DNA from: Azolla caroliniana
Lineage: Eukaryota; Plantae; Polypodiophyta
Assembly: GCA_043228905.1 (NCBI GenBank)
Contig: JBHGNT010000397.1
Span: forward strand, 1 to 28,426
Reading direction: 5' to 3'
Length of the DNA: 28,426 bases
Under the pieces are notes generated by a model. It was not told the DNA's origin, did not search any database, and was given only the letters and a program-made list of their open reading frames with translations. Made by a program: the position numbers and the translations under genes. Of this stretch, positions 1 to 10,318 are shown in pieces (positions within the stretch are counted from its first letter, which is position 1; the number at the start of each line of letters is the position of its first letter).

Positions 1-48
1 CCTGTTGATCAAGTTTACTTTGAAAAGGCAAAACAAATTGAAAGCCAG
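1..48 (+). CDS. Internal exon (3' part) of a PNP_UDP_1-fold bark storage protein/MTA-nucleosidase-like gene
   Basis: Open frame PVDQVYFEKAKQIESQ ends at CAG|GT (donor at 49). It is phase 0 and joins in frame to the exon at 1393. Confidence 0.75.
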
Positions 49-130
49 GTTTGTTCTCCATTCTTCCTCTTTTCCTTTGGTTATATTAGAGAAATCAACA
101 TGACATGACAAATTACATTTAGTGCAATAT

Positions 131-232
131 TGTTAATGATTGGGTAATCAACTAAGGGTTAATTAATATCTAATCATGTGAGTAGTTAATCACGTATGTG
201 ATTAAACAACAGAAGACTATGTGATATGTGAT

Positions 233-270
<38 letters not shown>

Positions 271-640
271 GAAGTTACACTTATGAACAAACACAATGGG
301 GGATAATTAACACAAGTCTAGCTTAAAGACCTTTTACTAAATTAATAGTCATAATAATAAAAAATACCCACAATGAGATATATATATACATCTTAGATGC
401 AAGGGTGCACATGTGTGAGGAGAATATAGGTACGAGGATGTAAGTCCTATATTAAATGAACTTGGAAGTGGGGGATCTAGAATGTAGGCCACTTAAGTAC
501 AAGCTACTAAATCCCTTTTAAGGCTTTAAAGTTAATACACTAACTAGATTCTATTTATGTAACTACTAAGTTACATAATTGACAAAATAACTAAACCTAC
601 CTGAGCTTGATATCTCAACACGCCCCTTCGAGCTCAGAGA
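131..640 (-). mobile_element. Intronic Copia-type 3' LTR (131-620) with adjacent PPT (621-640), minus strand
   Basis: TGTT...AACA termini at 131 and 620. The minus strand reads ...gagctcgaaggggcg|TGTTGAGATA, a typical Copia PPT-LTR junction. Confidence 0.65.
233..270. repeat. Compound microsatellite (TG)7(AG)12
   Basis: Directly visible. It lies inside the intronic LTR. Confidence 0.95.
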
Positions 641-669
641 AGGTGACTTATTCTTGGTAGACATTCCTG

Positions 670-1210
670 TGTCATCACTATGGCACAACTGACTTGGTCA
701 CTTGAGCAAAGTCGGCATCATGCACATATCTAGAGCTGGATACATCCCCAAACTCTTATTCTCCGACCATCAGTTCTGTGAGCACTACTAATATGACAAA
801 TAGACTACATCCATCCATCCGATAAGAGAGCCAAGCCTACTCAACTTGATCCATTTAGACGTCTGCAGTCCAATGCCACATCAATGTCTTGGCAATGTGT
901 CAAACTTCGTAACATTCATTGATGATGTGACTAGGAAGGTATGGGCATATCCAACAAGAACAAAAGATCAAGTGTTCGTGATCTTTCAAGAATGAGTCAC
1001 AATGGTTAAAAACCAATACGGTCGAAAGCTAAAAATTTGCCTACGATCGGACAATGATGCATAATTAAATTTGGACGAGCTCATTGATTTTTGCCGATAG
1101 CGCGTCATTAGATGAGAGCTTACGACCCCATATAGTCCGCTGCAAAATGGTGTTACAGAAAGAATGATTCGGACAATTCAAGAGCAATTTGTTGCCATGT
1201 TACACCGGGC
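670..1210 (+). pseudogene. Ty1/copia GAG-pre-integrase plus integrase core fragment in intron
   Basis: With stops and frameshifts it translates to SLWHN*LGHLS...FCEH...LIHLDVCSPM...FVTFIDDVTRKVWAY...LRSDN...TTPYSPLQNGVTERMIRTIQE. Confidence 0.9.
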
Positions 1211-1392
1211 AATATTTTTTACTTAGTTCATTATTAATTATATAATGAGGATGATAAAATGGAACTTTCAACTTGCTCAAGGTTTTACAGTTCATTATGT
1301 AGATACTTCAAACTTTTTCAAAATGTGTTTATTTAAAGGCCATGTATGTTAACAACCTTCATTTTCTGATCTATTCATAGTCTTTTTTACAG

Positions 1393-1572
1393 CATTTAGA
1401 TCTACAATATTGCACAAATGAGTCAACATGTTTATCGACAAAACCCCAAGTGGTAGTTGTAAGTAGGGGATCTTCTTCAAACATCTTCGTCGACAATGCA
1501 GCATATAGGTCTTTCTTGCATGAAACTTTTAATGTATCAGTAATAGACATGGAGTCAGCAAGCGTGGCATTG
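1393..1572 (+). CDS. Penultimate exon of bark storage protein/nucleoside phosphorylase-like gene
   Basis: Acceptor tttttacAG (1391-1392) and donor TTG|GTAAAC (1573). Encodes HLDLQYCTNESTCLSTKPQVVVVSRGSSSNIFVDNAAYRSFLHETFNVSVIDMESASVAL. IFVDNAAYR and DMESA are hallmark motifs of plant BSP/MTAN-like proteins. Confidence 0.9.
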
Positions 1573-2167
1573 GTAAACCCTTGTGCTATTTCTTGTGTTA
1601 GATTATTATGTCAATTATTGATGTATTTAATATAATGGATATGTTTATTTAATGTCGTATAGCTTTGAAGATGGTTTTAACTGCTAATGAATAAGACCTA
1701 TTGGTGCATTCATTATGATTCTAACTTGAATATATCATTATTAATTTTGTGGCACTATCATTATGATTGCAACTTAATGTCTTTATCAATCATTCTAGCA
1801 CGATCATAACCTCTATATCGTCAACACTAAGTAGAATCCATACATATATCTACTCACATAATATGTGTGTGTATGTATGTATTAATTTATGAAGGTATGC
1901 TCATATTTGTATATGTAGGTGTGTGCATCTTGTAATGTGTGTGATGTATAGAGATACATATTTGAACATGCATGTATATATACAAACACGTTAAATGTTA
2001 TAATGGTTGTTAATAATATTAAATTCAGAAGTAAAAATTGAACCTCTTTTCTATCTTATTGTCTAGCCTATACAAACATTAAGTAAAAATTCAAACAAAC
2101 CTCCCTTTCTTATTATTTGGTCTATTATTGATGTTAAGACAATCCTGTGTTTGATTTTTGCTTGCAG

Positions 2168-2326
2168 ACATGTCTTACCAATAATGTCTCCTTCATTGCA
2201 TTTAGAGCTCTTTCAGACTTGGCAGGGGGATCTAGTGTGAGTAACGAGGAATCAATTTTCTATGACTTAGCAGCAACGAATGCTGTATTGGTACTTACAG
2301 AGTTCATTAAATTGTTGGGCGAATGA
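2168..2326 (+). CDS. Last coding exon of bark storage protein/nucleoside phosphorylase-like gene
   Basis: Acceptor ttgcttgcAG (2166-2167). Encodes TCLTNNVSFIAFRALSDLAGGSSVSNEESIFYDLAATNAVLVLTEFIKLLGE with TGA at 2324-2326. FRALSDLAGG is the family's R-x-L-S-D motif. Confidence 0.9.
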   Translation, partial: TCLTNNVSFIAFRALSDLAGGSSVSNEESIFYDLAATNAVLVLTEFIKLLGE

Positions 2327-3542
2327 ACTAAATCACACATTCAAAGAGTTTGGGAATGAACAATGTGTATGAATTCCTATATTTCATAACACTCCATTAA
2401 TAAATGGTCTTATCTTCTTACTAGAACTATCATGTCTTGATGCTCTGTTTTGCTTGTGATAATTCTTTATTATGTCAAGTTAGTTCCGATCATTTTTTTA
2501 AAAAGATGTCCATTCATTAGTATATACATAGAGATATTATTGTATGTAAGTGATAGATAGAGGAATTAACCATCTTCGTGACTGAAAATGCCAAAAAGGG
2601 CTATCATCTTTGAATGATGAAGTGGAATATCTTTCCAAATAATACTAATATGAATGGAGATAATATATAACAATAATAACAAATGTTAAACAAATTTATC
2701 ACGTAGTGAAGCAAAAGGATTGTGTCCTATTAAACTTCGCAAAAGCCCCTTCAGATCAAACCCAATGCTTATTAAAACGAAGACCTACTGTCAATAACCC
2801 TTCATCATGAAGGTAAAACAACGATAAATAAATAGCATGCTTACTATCATCTGAAATGTTGGATATTGATTTCTTAAGTAATTTACCCTCTTTTGACCAA
2901 TAGAAAATATGTGCCAACATTATATATTGTTCATTCTATCAAATCAATGCATTGATTTAACCTCATTTTGAGCTTTAAAAGTGTAGTTCTCCGCAAAATT
3001 GATTTTGCTGAGAACTTACACTTTATTTATTTACATTGTCTTTAGACTAGTAATTTTGCTGATCACTACTAAAGTTATGGGAATGAACTCCTTAAGCTTC
3101 AACTTTAACTCTAAGATAAGTGCAACATCTCCTTATATATTTGCTTAATATGTTCCCTAAAACAGGGCTAATGATTGAACATGGAAACCCACAAAGAATG
3201 TCACTAATACCCCTAGACTTATGCAAGAGTTTTATCCTCACTACTCCAATAAACCAAATCTTTGTTCATGCATTGCGACTCATAGAACTCATCTTCAAAA
3301 GAATGGATGATGTCACAAAATGTCAATTTCAAAATTCAAACCTATAATCTTCAAACATAGTTTTACACTTTAACTATCACACCACATTACTTTGTACAAA
3401 AAGTGTACATTGTATATTATTATTATTTAGAGTTATGTGGTATTTTAGATAATGCATGATCGCCAAATGGCATGAGTGCATGTACGCCAAGTGACACAAA
3501 CCATGCATGTGAACTGGCGATCCTGTGTGATCTCATGTAGAA

Positions 3543-4026
3543 TGGTACCTATCTAACCATAACTCATAATGAGATAGGTTTTCTATAGTTTTCCCTAATC
3601 TTATGATGAGTACGTGTGGTTTAATTCCGAAAGGAATGAGGGTATTAATTGTAATATTCAATTCTACAATGTGGGGCAACTATTAAGTGTGTTATCACTT
3701 AACCACTTAAAATAAAGCAGTCAAGTGTGCATACACTACGGCCTAGGGTTTCTGCCTATATAAGGAGGCTAATTACCTTTATTAAGGAGGCTTGACTTAT
3801 GTTGAGACTATGATAGTGTGATTATGACTCTTGTTAGCTAAGCCCGTGTGGTCATTGCAGGACACAAGACACGAGTCGCATCAACCCTCTATGTTATGGA
3901 ACACTTGGAGGTTCGGGTCCATCTCACGTCTTTGCTAGGTGATGGTCGGGTGGTTTGGCACCCTTGTTTCCTGCCTTAGGTCTATAGTTCCTTATGTTTT
4001 GCATAATTAATTAGTTAGAGGCAAGA
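3543..4026 (+). repeat. LTR-like repeat A, copy 1 (probable 5' LTR of an old Ty3/gypsy)
   Basis: Colinear, roughly three-quarters identical by eye, with 4863-5057 plus 10324-10616. Contains TAGGGTTT followed by CCTATATAAGG (telo-box plus TATA). Confidence 0.75.
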
Positions 4027-4089
4027 ACCGAGTCTATTATAGATGCTATTAAACACTACACCTTGGAAGGGAACCTTCCACATTGATAA

Positions 4090-4430
4090 CGTATTGGAAA
4101 GGTTTGTGTTCCAAATTTGCCTGTGGTCAAAAACATGAATTCATTTTGCACTCTCACTAAGGCATCTTGGATTAGATCATACACTTCGTATAATCTCTTA
4201 TCATTTCTTTTTCGATATGAATGGTTAATGTGAGTAATTATCACCATTGTCGAGTTATTAACATACAATGAGTGGTAGAGATTTCCAGTTACTAGTGAAT
4301 TTTCTGTAAAAAATTTCATTATGGAACACAAGAAACAACCTTGAGCATAGATTCCATTGACCAACCTCAGTCTAATGGACTAATAAAACAAGTGTTCAAA
4401 TTAATGAGGGTATGCTTCAAGCTGTTAGGA
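4090..4430 (+). pseudogene. Highly decayed Ty3/gypsy integrase remnants
   Basis: Mixed frames give KVCVPNLP / KHEFILHSH / LRHLGLDHTLRIISYHFFF (H2C2 Zn-binding-like) and DQPQSNGLIKQV (HPQSNGLxER-like). Confidence 0.5.
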
Positions 4431-5057
4431 AAAATAGATTCCTATTATGTATTTTTCTCCACACATACATTGATTAAATATAGTCCTTTAATATTGATAT
4501 ATTATTTTAGCCACAAACCTTGATCCACATTTACATTTATCATCATGAGTTATACATTGTATAAACTAAGGGATATGCAAACATATGTTTATTATTGCTC
4601 AATATAGGGCATGATTTTATGCCAACAAGCATTGACAACCTTGTGTTTTGAACCCTAGATGATATTTATATCTTAAACTCTTAAGACTTTGTCTATGGGT
4701 AAGTGTGCTAAATTAGCCCTAGAAGTTTGTAGATCTTTCACATTTCTCGATTATATTGGTTTATTTGCCTAATTGATCAAACTTTTAGTTCGCAAAGTAC
4801 ATTGAAACACACTTCCCTTAAATATTCTTTGCAAGAATGCAATCTTTTAAAGTGGGGCAGTATGTTACATGTGTATCCATAATTGATCATAAGATAGGTT
4901 TTTCGTAATTTTCCCTAATCTTATGATGAGTATGTGTAGTTTAATTCTAAAAGAAATGAGGATATGGATTGTAATAATCAACTCTATGGTGTGGGGTAAC
5001 TATTAAGTGTGTTATCTCCTGACCACCTAAAATAAAACAGTTAAGTGTGAATACACT

Positions 5058-5408
5058 TGTCAAGATTCGAACTCTTGACATGACCATGTTATAATCAAGT
5101 ATTATGGGTTAACCAACATATCTAGTATACAATTATATATATAATTGGTCCTTGTTGTTTTGGCTAGCATCATGTGCATAGTTGCTCCCTTGTAGTATTT
5201 ACACTTGGCACATGCATGCATGCCTATATGCTCTATTGTAGATTCACATGCGTGCAACAAGTATGCATGCTGTGTAGTATAAATAGTTGAGTTCACCTTG
5301 AAAGAATTCAAGGTGAACAACACCAGTTACGAAGTCTTTCAGTTAATACTATTCATCCATTTGGTTATCTTCTTTCTTGTCTCTTGAGCTTATGATCTAT
5401 CCATGACA
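5058..5408 (+). repeat. 5' LTR (351 bp) of the chromovirus
   Basis: Matches 9993-10318 with 9 substitutions counted by eye and one net 25-bp indel. TATAAATA at 5278. Confidence 0.97.
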
Positions 5409-5410
5409 GT

Positions 5411-5421
5411 TTGTTCACCTT
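5411..5421 (+). promoter_or_regulatory. Non-tRNA primer-binding site (self-priming type)
   Basis: TTGTTCACCTT lies 2 nt after the LTR and is the exact reverse complement of AAGGTGAACAA at 5310-5320. There is no TGG-starting tRNA PBS. Confidence 0.75.
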
Positions 5422-5458
5422 CCCATCCTCATAGCTCTCCCTCTCATAAGCCATAACT

Positions 5459-6487
5459 ATGTCTAACTCAGCAAGTGACTTAAGCCAGATAATGGTAGCC
5501 TTACAACAACTCCACCTTGAAAATGAAGCTCTTCGAATTTTTTTACAAGAACTTCAAGTCGGTACCTCCCTATCCTCACAACCCCTGAAGCCTAGTCTCC
5601 CACTGCAACCTAGCCTAGAGCCCAATCTTCTACCAACATCGGGCCTAGTTTCTTCGCATTTTCTTGAGCTTAAGGTTAGCCTCCCAAAAAAATTTGATGG
5701 AACGAGGTCGCGTTTCTGAGGGTTCATCAACCAAATTCGACTTATCATTCGGCTACAACCTCAACATTATGCAGATGGTCTTCGACAAGTCGGCCTTGTG
5801 GGCACTCTTCTCTCCGGTCTGGCCCAAGCTTGGTTTGCACCATTGATAGAAACTTCGTCACCTCTATTGGAGGACTTTCCCGCCTTCCTCGCCGAGTTAG
5901 AGGCCACATTTGGAGAGACAGACCGGCGACGTACAACCCTTAACAAGCTTTATGCACTCGAACAAGGTTCGCGTGCAACTTTTGTCTATGCTTCAGAATT
6001 TCGACAACTAGCATGCGACGTCAATTGGGATGATCAAGCTTTAGCTGATCACTTTCGGTGGGGCCTTCGAAGCAATGTCAAGAATCTTCTCTTGAACTTT
6101 CTGGAGCCCATCTCGTTATCCCATGCGATTTCACAAGCAATCCATTGTGACAATCGCCTTTTCGAATTTCGCCAGGAAGAGGGCCGGACTTGGGTTCCAC
6201 CTCATTCACTTCCACGACATGCCCTGGTCATACAACCCCAGGTATCCCTCCCACCGACTGCGTCATGCTCCCCTACTTTGGCACATGCTCCCGTCCCCAT
6301 GGAAATTGATCAAGCACGATTTCGGCCATTGACTGATGCCGAACAACAATTTTGGCGGGCTAATGGCTTGTGCATGTATTGTGGGGCCTCTGGTCATGTT
6401 GTTGGCCATTGTCCTAGGAGTAATCGCTCACAATTCCATCGAGCTAACGAACCCCAACATCCGGAAAACGACATCGTTCGGTTGTAG
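5459..6487 (+). pseudogene. gag: Chromovirus gag (capsid plus CX2CX4HX4C knuckle) with one premature stop
   Basis: ORFs 5459-5719 and 5798-6487 share a frame, split by TGA at 5717. Motifs LPKKFDGTRS, LEQGSR...YASEF, VPMEID and CMYCGASGHVVGHC. Confidence 0.93.
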
Positions 6488-6506
6488 TAGGAGCCATGCA
6501 ATTGGA
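6463..6506 (+). promoter_or_regulatory. Predicted -1 ribosomal frameshift cassette (gag-pol)
   Basis: Heptamer G_GAA_AAC (6463-6469) in the gag frame. The -1 frame stays open (GKRHRSVVVGAMQ) into pol. A 10-bp stem 6477-6486/6497-6506 follows a 7-nt spacer. Confidence 0.7.
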
Positions 6507-9500
6507 CATCTCTCGTCACCCACATTCTCTTGGTTCCATTGCCGAACCGTCAGGAAATTTCACATTGGAGGTATGGCTTTTGTTTAACTCTAGTTCCATT
6601 CAGTTTGTTGCTTTACTTGATTCTGGGGCATCTTCTTGCTTCATTGACGTCGTGTTCGCCCAAGCACATGGTGTACCCGTCGTTTGCCTCTCAAAACCCA
6701 TTCCCGTTGAAGCCATCGACGGGCGCGTCCTCTCGTCAGGCGCAATTACTCAAGCTACGATCCCATTAGGGCTTCGTGTGGGCTCACACTAGGAGGAGCT
6801 CACCTTTTACCTCCTCGCATCTCCTCGACATCTGGTCGTCTTTGGACTAACGTGGTTGGAGGCGCAAAATCCAACAGTGGATTGGTGCAACCGCTCGATT
6901 ACATTTAGCGAGCCAGGATGCTTGAGCAAAACTATGAAGGTCAATTCAGTTTCCCATCCTTCAGAGAAGGTCGATTTTGACTCGGCTACCCCACCATCGG
7001 TCCAGGATGGGGTTGTTTGTGGTGCCATTTCTAACACACTCCATGTTATTCTTGAGAAATACCAACACTTCTCCAACGTATTTGAAAAATGTAATGCTAA
7101 TCGTTTGCCCGAACACCGGCTCTACTACTGTCTGATTGATCTTCAAGAAGGTGCGTGTCCACCCTTTAGTCCTCTATATGTGTTGTCTGCACCAGAGCTG
7201 AAGGCCCTTTGTGTGTATCTCGATGAGAACCTCGAGAAAGGATTTATTCAACCTTGTAAGTCGCCGGCCGGGGCCCCCATTTTATTCGTGAAGAAGAAGG
7301 ACGACTCTCTACGCTTATGCATCGACTACCGAGGTCTCAACAAACTCATTGTGCGCAACTGCTATCCGCTCCCTCTGATCCCCGAACTCCTTGATCGACT
7401 CCGAGTTGCGCGTGTCTTCTCCAAAGTTGATCTGCGCGGAGCGTACAATCTAGTACGCATAAAGCTGGCGGACAATTGGAAAACCGCATTCCGAACACGG
7501 TATGGGCATATTGAATACAAGGTAATGCCTTTTGGTCTTACTAATGCCCCAACAGTTTTTCAACATAAGATGAACGATATATTCCGAGAATATCTTGATC
7601 ATTTTGTTGTCATTTACCTCGATGATATTCTTATTTTCTCGTCAAACATGGAGGAGTCCGATTAGTTCTTGCCAAACTTCGCGAGCATGGCCTTTATGCC
7701 AAAGGCGAGAAATGCGAGTTCGACCGTACCTCGATAGAATTTCTGGGCTACATTATCTCGCCCAATGGCAACACCATGGATATGAAGAAGGTCTCTGTCA
7801 TTCGGACGTGGGCGACTCCAAGTCGACGTAAAGATGTGCAACCCTTCCTCGGCTTCTCGAATTTTTACTGTCACTTCATCAAGGGGTTTTCCACCCTAGC
7901 ACAACCTCTTATTGCCCTCACCTGTAAAGGTACTCCTTTTTTATGGACCTTGGAGGCGCAAAATGCGTTCGACTCACTAGAACACGCATTCATCACTGCC
8001 TCGGTGCTGCTACATGCCGACCCCACAAAACCCTTCCAAGTCGAAACTGATGCCTTTGACTTCGCCATTGGCGCCATCTTATCCTAGGCCGACGACACCA
8101 ACCTAATGCACCCAGTGGCTTACTACTCCGGGAAATTCACGGCCTCCGAAATCAATTATCCCATATACGACAATGAGCTTGCTACTATCATTGCTGCCTT
8201 TGAAGAATGGCAACCCTACTTGGCCGGCGCACAACATCGTGTCCAGGCAGTGACTAATCATGAAAATTTAGTTTATTTTTCCACCACACGTACTTTGAAT
8301 CGAAGGCAGGCTCGTTGGTTGACATTTCTCGCCGACTACGATTTTGAGATCGTATTTCAACCTGATGGCCAACATGGGCAGGCCGATGCCCTTTCTCGTC
8401 GAGCTGACCTTGCACTCCGTCCTGGGGATGTTGCTTATACTCAACAATCTAGACGTTTGCTGAAACCCGACCAATTGCATCTTTTTGTCACTTGTAAGTT
8501 GCAGGATGATTCATTACTCCAACAGATCACCGATGCATCCACAACCGATGCGTTCGCCAACGAGATTTGAGATAGTCTACAAAACCCCTCCGAGGCGACC
8601 AAAAGGAAGGATCTTGACACCTTCACCATACAAGAGGGTTTGCTATTCCGAGATAATCTCTTATACATCCTTGAGGGCCCATGTCGCACCCGGGTGTTGC
8701 GGGAATGCCACGATGACCCACTTGCAGGTCATTTCGGGGTCGCAAAAACCCTCGAGGTAATATCTTGGGGGTACTGGTGGCCACAACCATGGAAGTTGGT
8801 CAAAGAATACATGAAGAGTTGTGAGGTTTGTGTTTGCTCCAAATCCGCTCATCATCAGCCATACGACTTACTCCATTCGCTTCCATGCCCCCGTCGTCCC
8901 TGGGCCTCTATCTCTATGGACCTGATAATTGATCTACCCTTAGTCAATAGCTATGATCTGGTGTTGGTCATTGTCGATCAGTTTACGAAGATGGCTCACT
9001 TCACTCCATGATCCAAAACCATTTCCGGAGAAGGAATGGTGCATCTACTACTCAACAATGTGGTCCGCTTGCATGGACTCCCCGATGATGTCATCTCCGA
9101 TCGTGGACCCCAGTTTGTCTCTCACTTCTGGCAGCACCTGCTACAAACTTTAGGCATCTCTGTCAAGTTGTCCTCCGCGTATCACCCCCAAACTGATGGG
9201 CAGACGAAGCGTGTCAACCAAATCCTTGAGTAGTATCTTCGGTGCTCGGTTAGTTATCAACAAGATGATTGGGTCAACTTACTTTCACTCACGGAATTCA
9301 CCTACAATAATTCTCTCCATGCATCAACTGGCGTCACTCCCTTCTTTGCAAACTATGGTTTACATCCTTGCTTCAACATTTCCCTTCCTATCAATTCTGT
9401 GAACCCTTCGGGGGAGGATCACGCACGCGTTTTAGAAGAGCTACATCATGATTTATACTTGGAGCTTAGCCTCGCTAGTGAACGATACAAGAAGTAGGCT

Positions 9501-9960
9501 GATCGCCATCAATCTGCCACTCCACACTTTGTCATTGGAGACATGGTCTGGTTGTTATGCCGACACATGTCTACTACTTGTCCATGTGCAAAACTTGATT
9601 ACAAGCAGTTGGGACCATTTCGTATCATCGAGGGCATCAATCCCATCGCCTTCCGGCTCGCCCTTCCATCCCACCTCCGGATTCATGATTTTTTTCATGT
9701 CTCCCTCCTTGAACCCCATTATGCTTCGCAAGTCCCAGGACGTTAGGCCCCACCACCACCACCTGTGCAATTGACGATAGGGGAGGAATACGAGGTCGAC
9801 CAAATCCTTGACTTGCGTTGGCACCATCGACACTTGCAATACCTCTTCTTGTGGAGGGGTTACCCATGTTTGACGCCACGTGGGAACCATCGGAAAATTT
9901 ACAAAATGCCCCGGAGGTGGTCCAAGATTTTCATCACCAATATCCCCACAAACTAGCGGC
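6463..9960 (+). pseudogene. pol: Chromovirus pol: protease, RT, RNase H, integrase, chromodomain (several stops/frameshifts)
   Basis: ALLDSGASSCFID (PR); [30 protein letters not shown] (RT); VETDAFDFAIGAIL (RH); HDDPLAGHFG...[26 protein letters not shown] (IN); EEYEVDQILD...YLFLWRGY/ATWEPSENL (chromodomain). Confidence 0.95.
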
Positions 9961-9979
9961 CGATTTGGGAAGGCGGCAT

Positions 9980-9992
9980 AGGAGGGGGATAA
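9980..9992 (+). promoter_or_regulatory. Polypurine tract
   Basis: AGGAGGGGGATAA immediately before the 3' LTR TG. Confidence 0.9.
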
Positions 9993-10318
9993 TGTCAAGA
10001 TTCTAACTCTTGACATGACCATGTTATAATCAAGTATTATGGGTTAACCAACATATCTAGTATACAATTATGTATATAATTGGTCCTTGTTGTTTTGGCT
10101 AGCATCATGTGCATAGTTGCTCCCTTGTAGTATTTACACTTGGAATTGTAGATTCACATGCGTGCAACAAGTATGCATGCTGTGTAGTATAAATAGTTGA
10201 GTTCACCTTGGAGGAATTCAAGGTGAACAACACCAGTTACAGAGTCTTTCAGTTAATACTATTCATCCATTTGGTTATCTTTTTTCTTGCCTCTTGAGCT
10301 TATGATCTATCCGTGACA
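9993..10318 (+). repeat. 3' LTR (326 bp) of the chromovirus
   Basis: Direct repeat of 5058-5408, followed by TSD ACACT. Confidence 0.97.

Larger units (their letters stand above)
5058..10318 (+). mobile_element. Full-length but inactivated Ty3/gypsy chromovirus (Tcn1/Tf1-sushi-like)
   Basis: Two LTRs TGTCA...TGACA and a perfect 5-bp TSD ACACT (5053-5057, 10319-10323). Domain order is gag-PR-RT-RH-IN-chromodomain, followed by a PPT. Confidence 0.97.

Noticed and set aside
1573-1635. C-terminal part of ORF 1450-1635 (VNPCAISC...)
   Set aside because: This is read-through into the intron. The GT donor at 1573 and the in-frame exon at 2168 give the family-typical sequence.
3120-3347. 75-aa ORF in AT-rich intergenic DNA
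   Set aside because: No recognisable motif, GTG start, and a length expected by chance.
4056-4364. 102-aa minus-strand ORF
   Set aside because: The opposite strand carries integrase-like motifs, so it is probably an antisense shadow.
5058-10318. Currently autonomous, active element or domesticated PEG10/RTL-like gene
   Set aside because: It has multiple stops, a frameshifting deletion in RT near 7660, and intact LTRs/TSD, so it is a dead retrotransposon copy.
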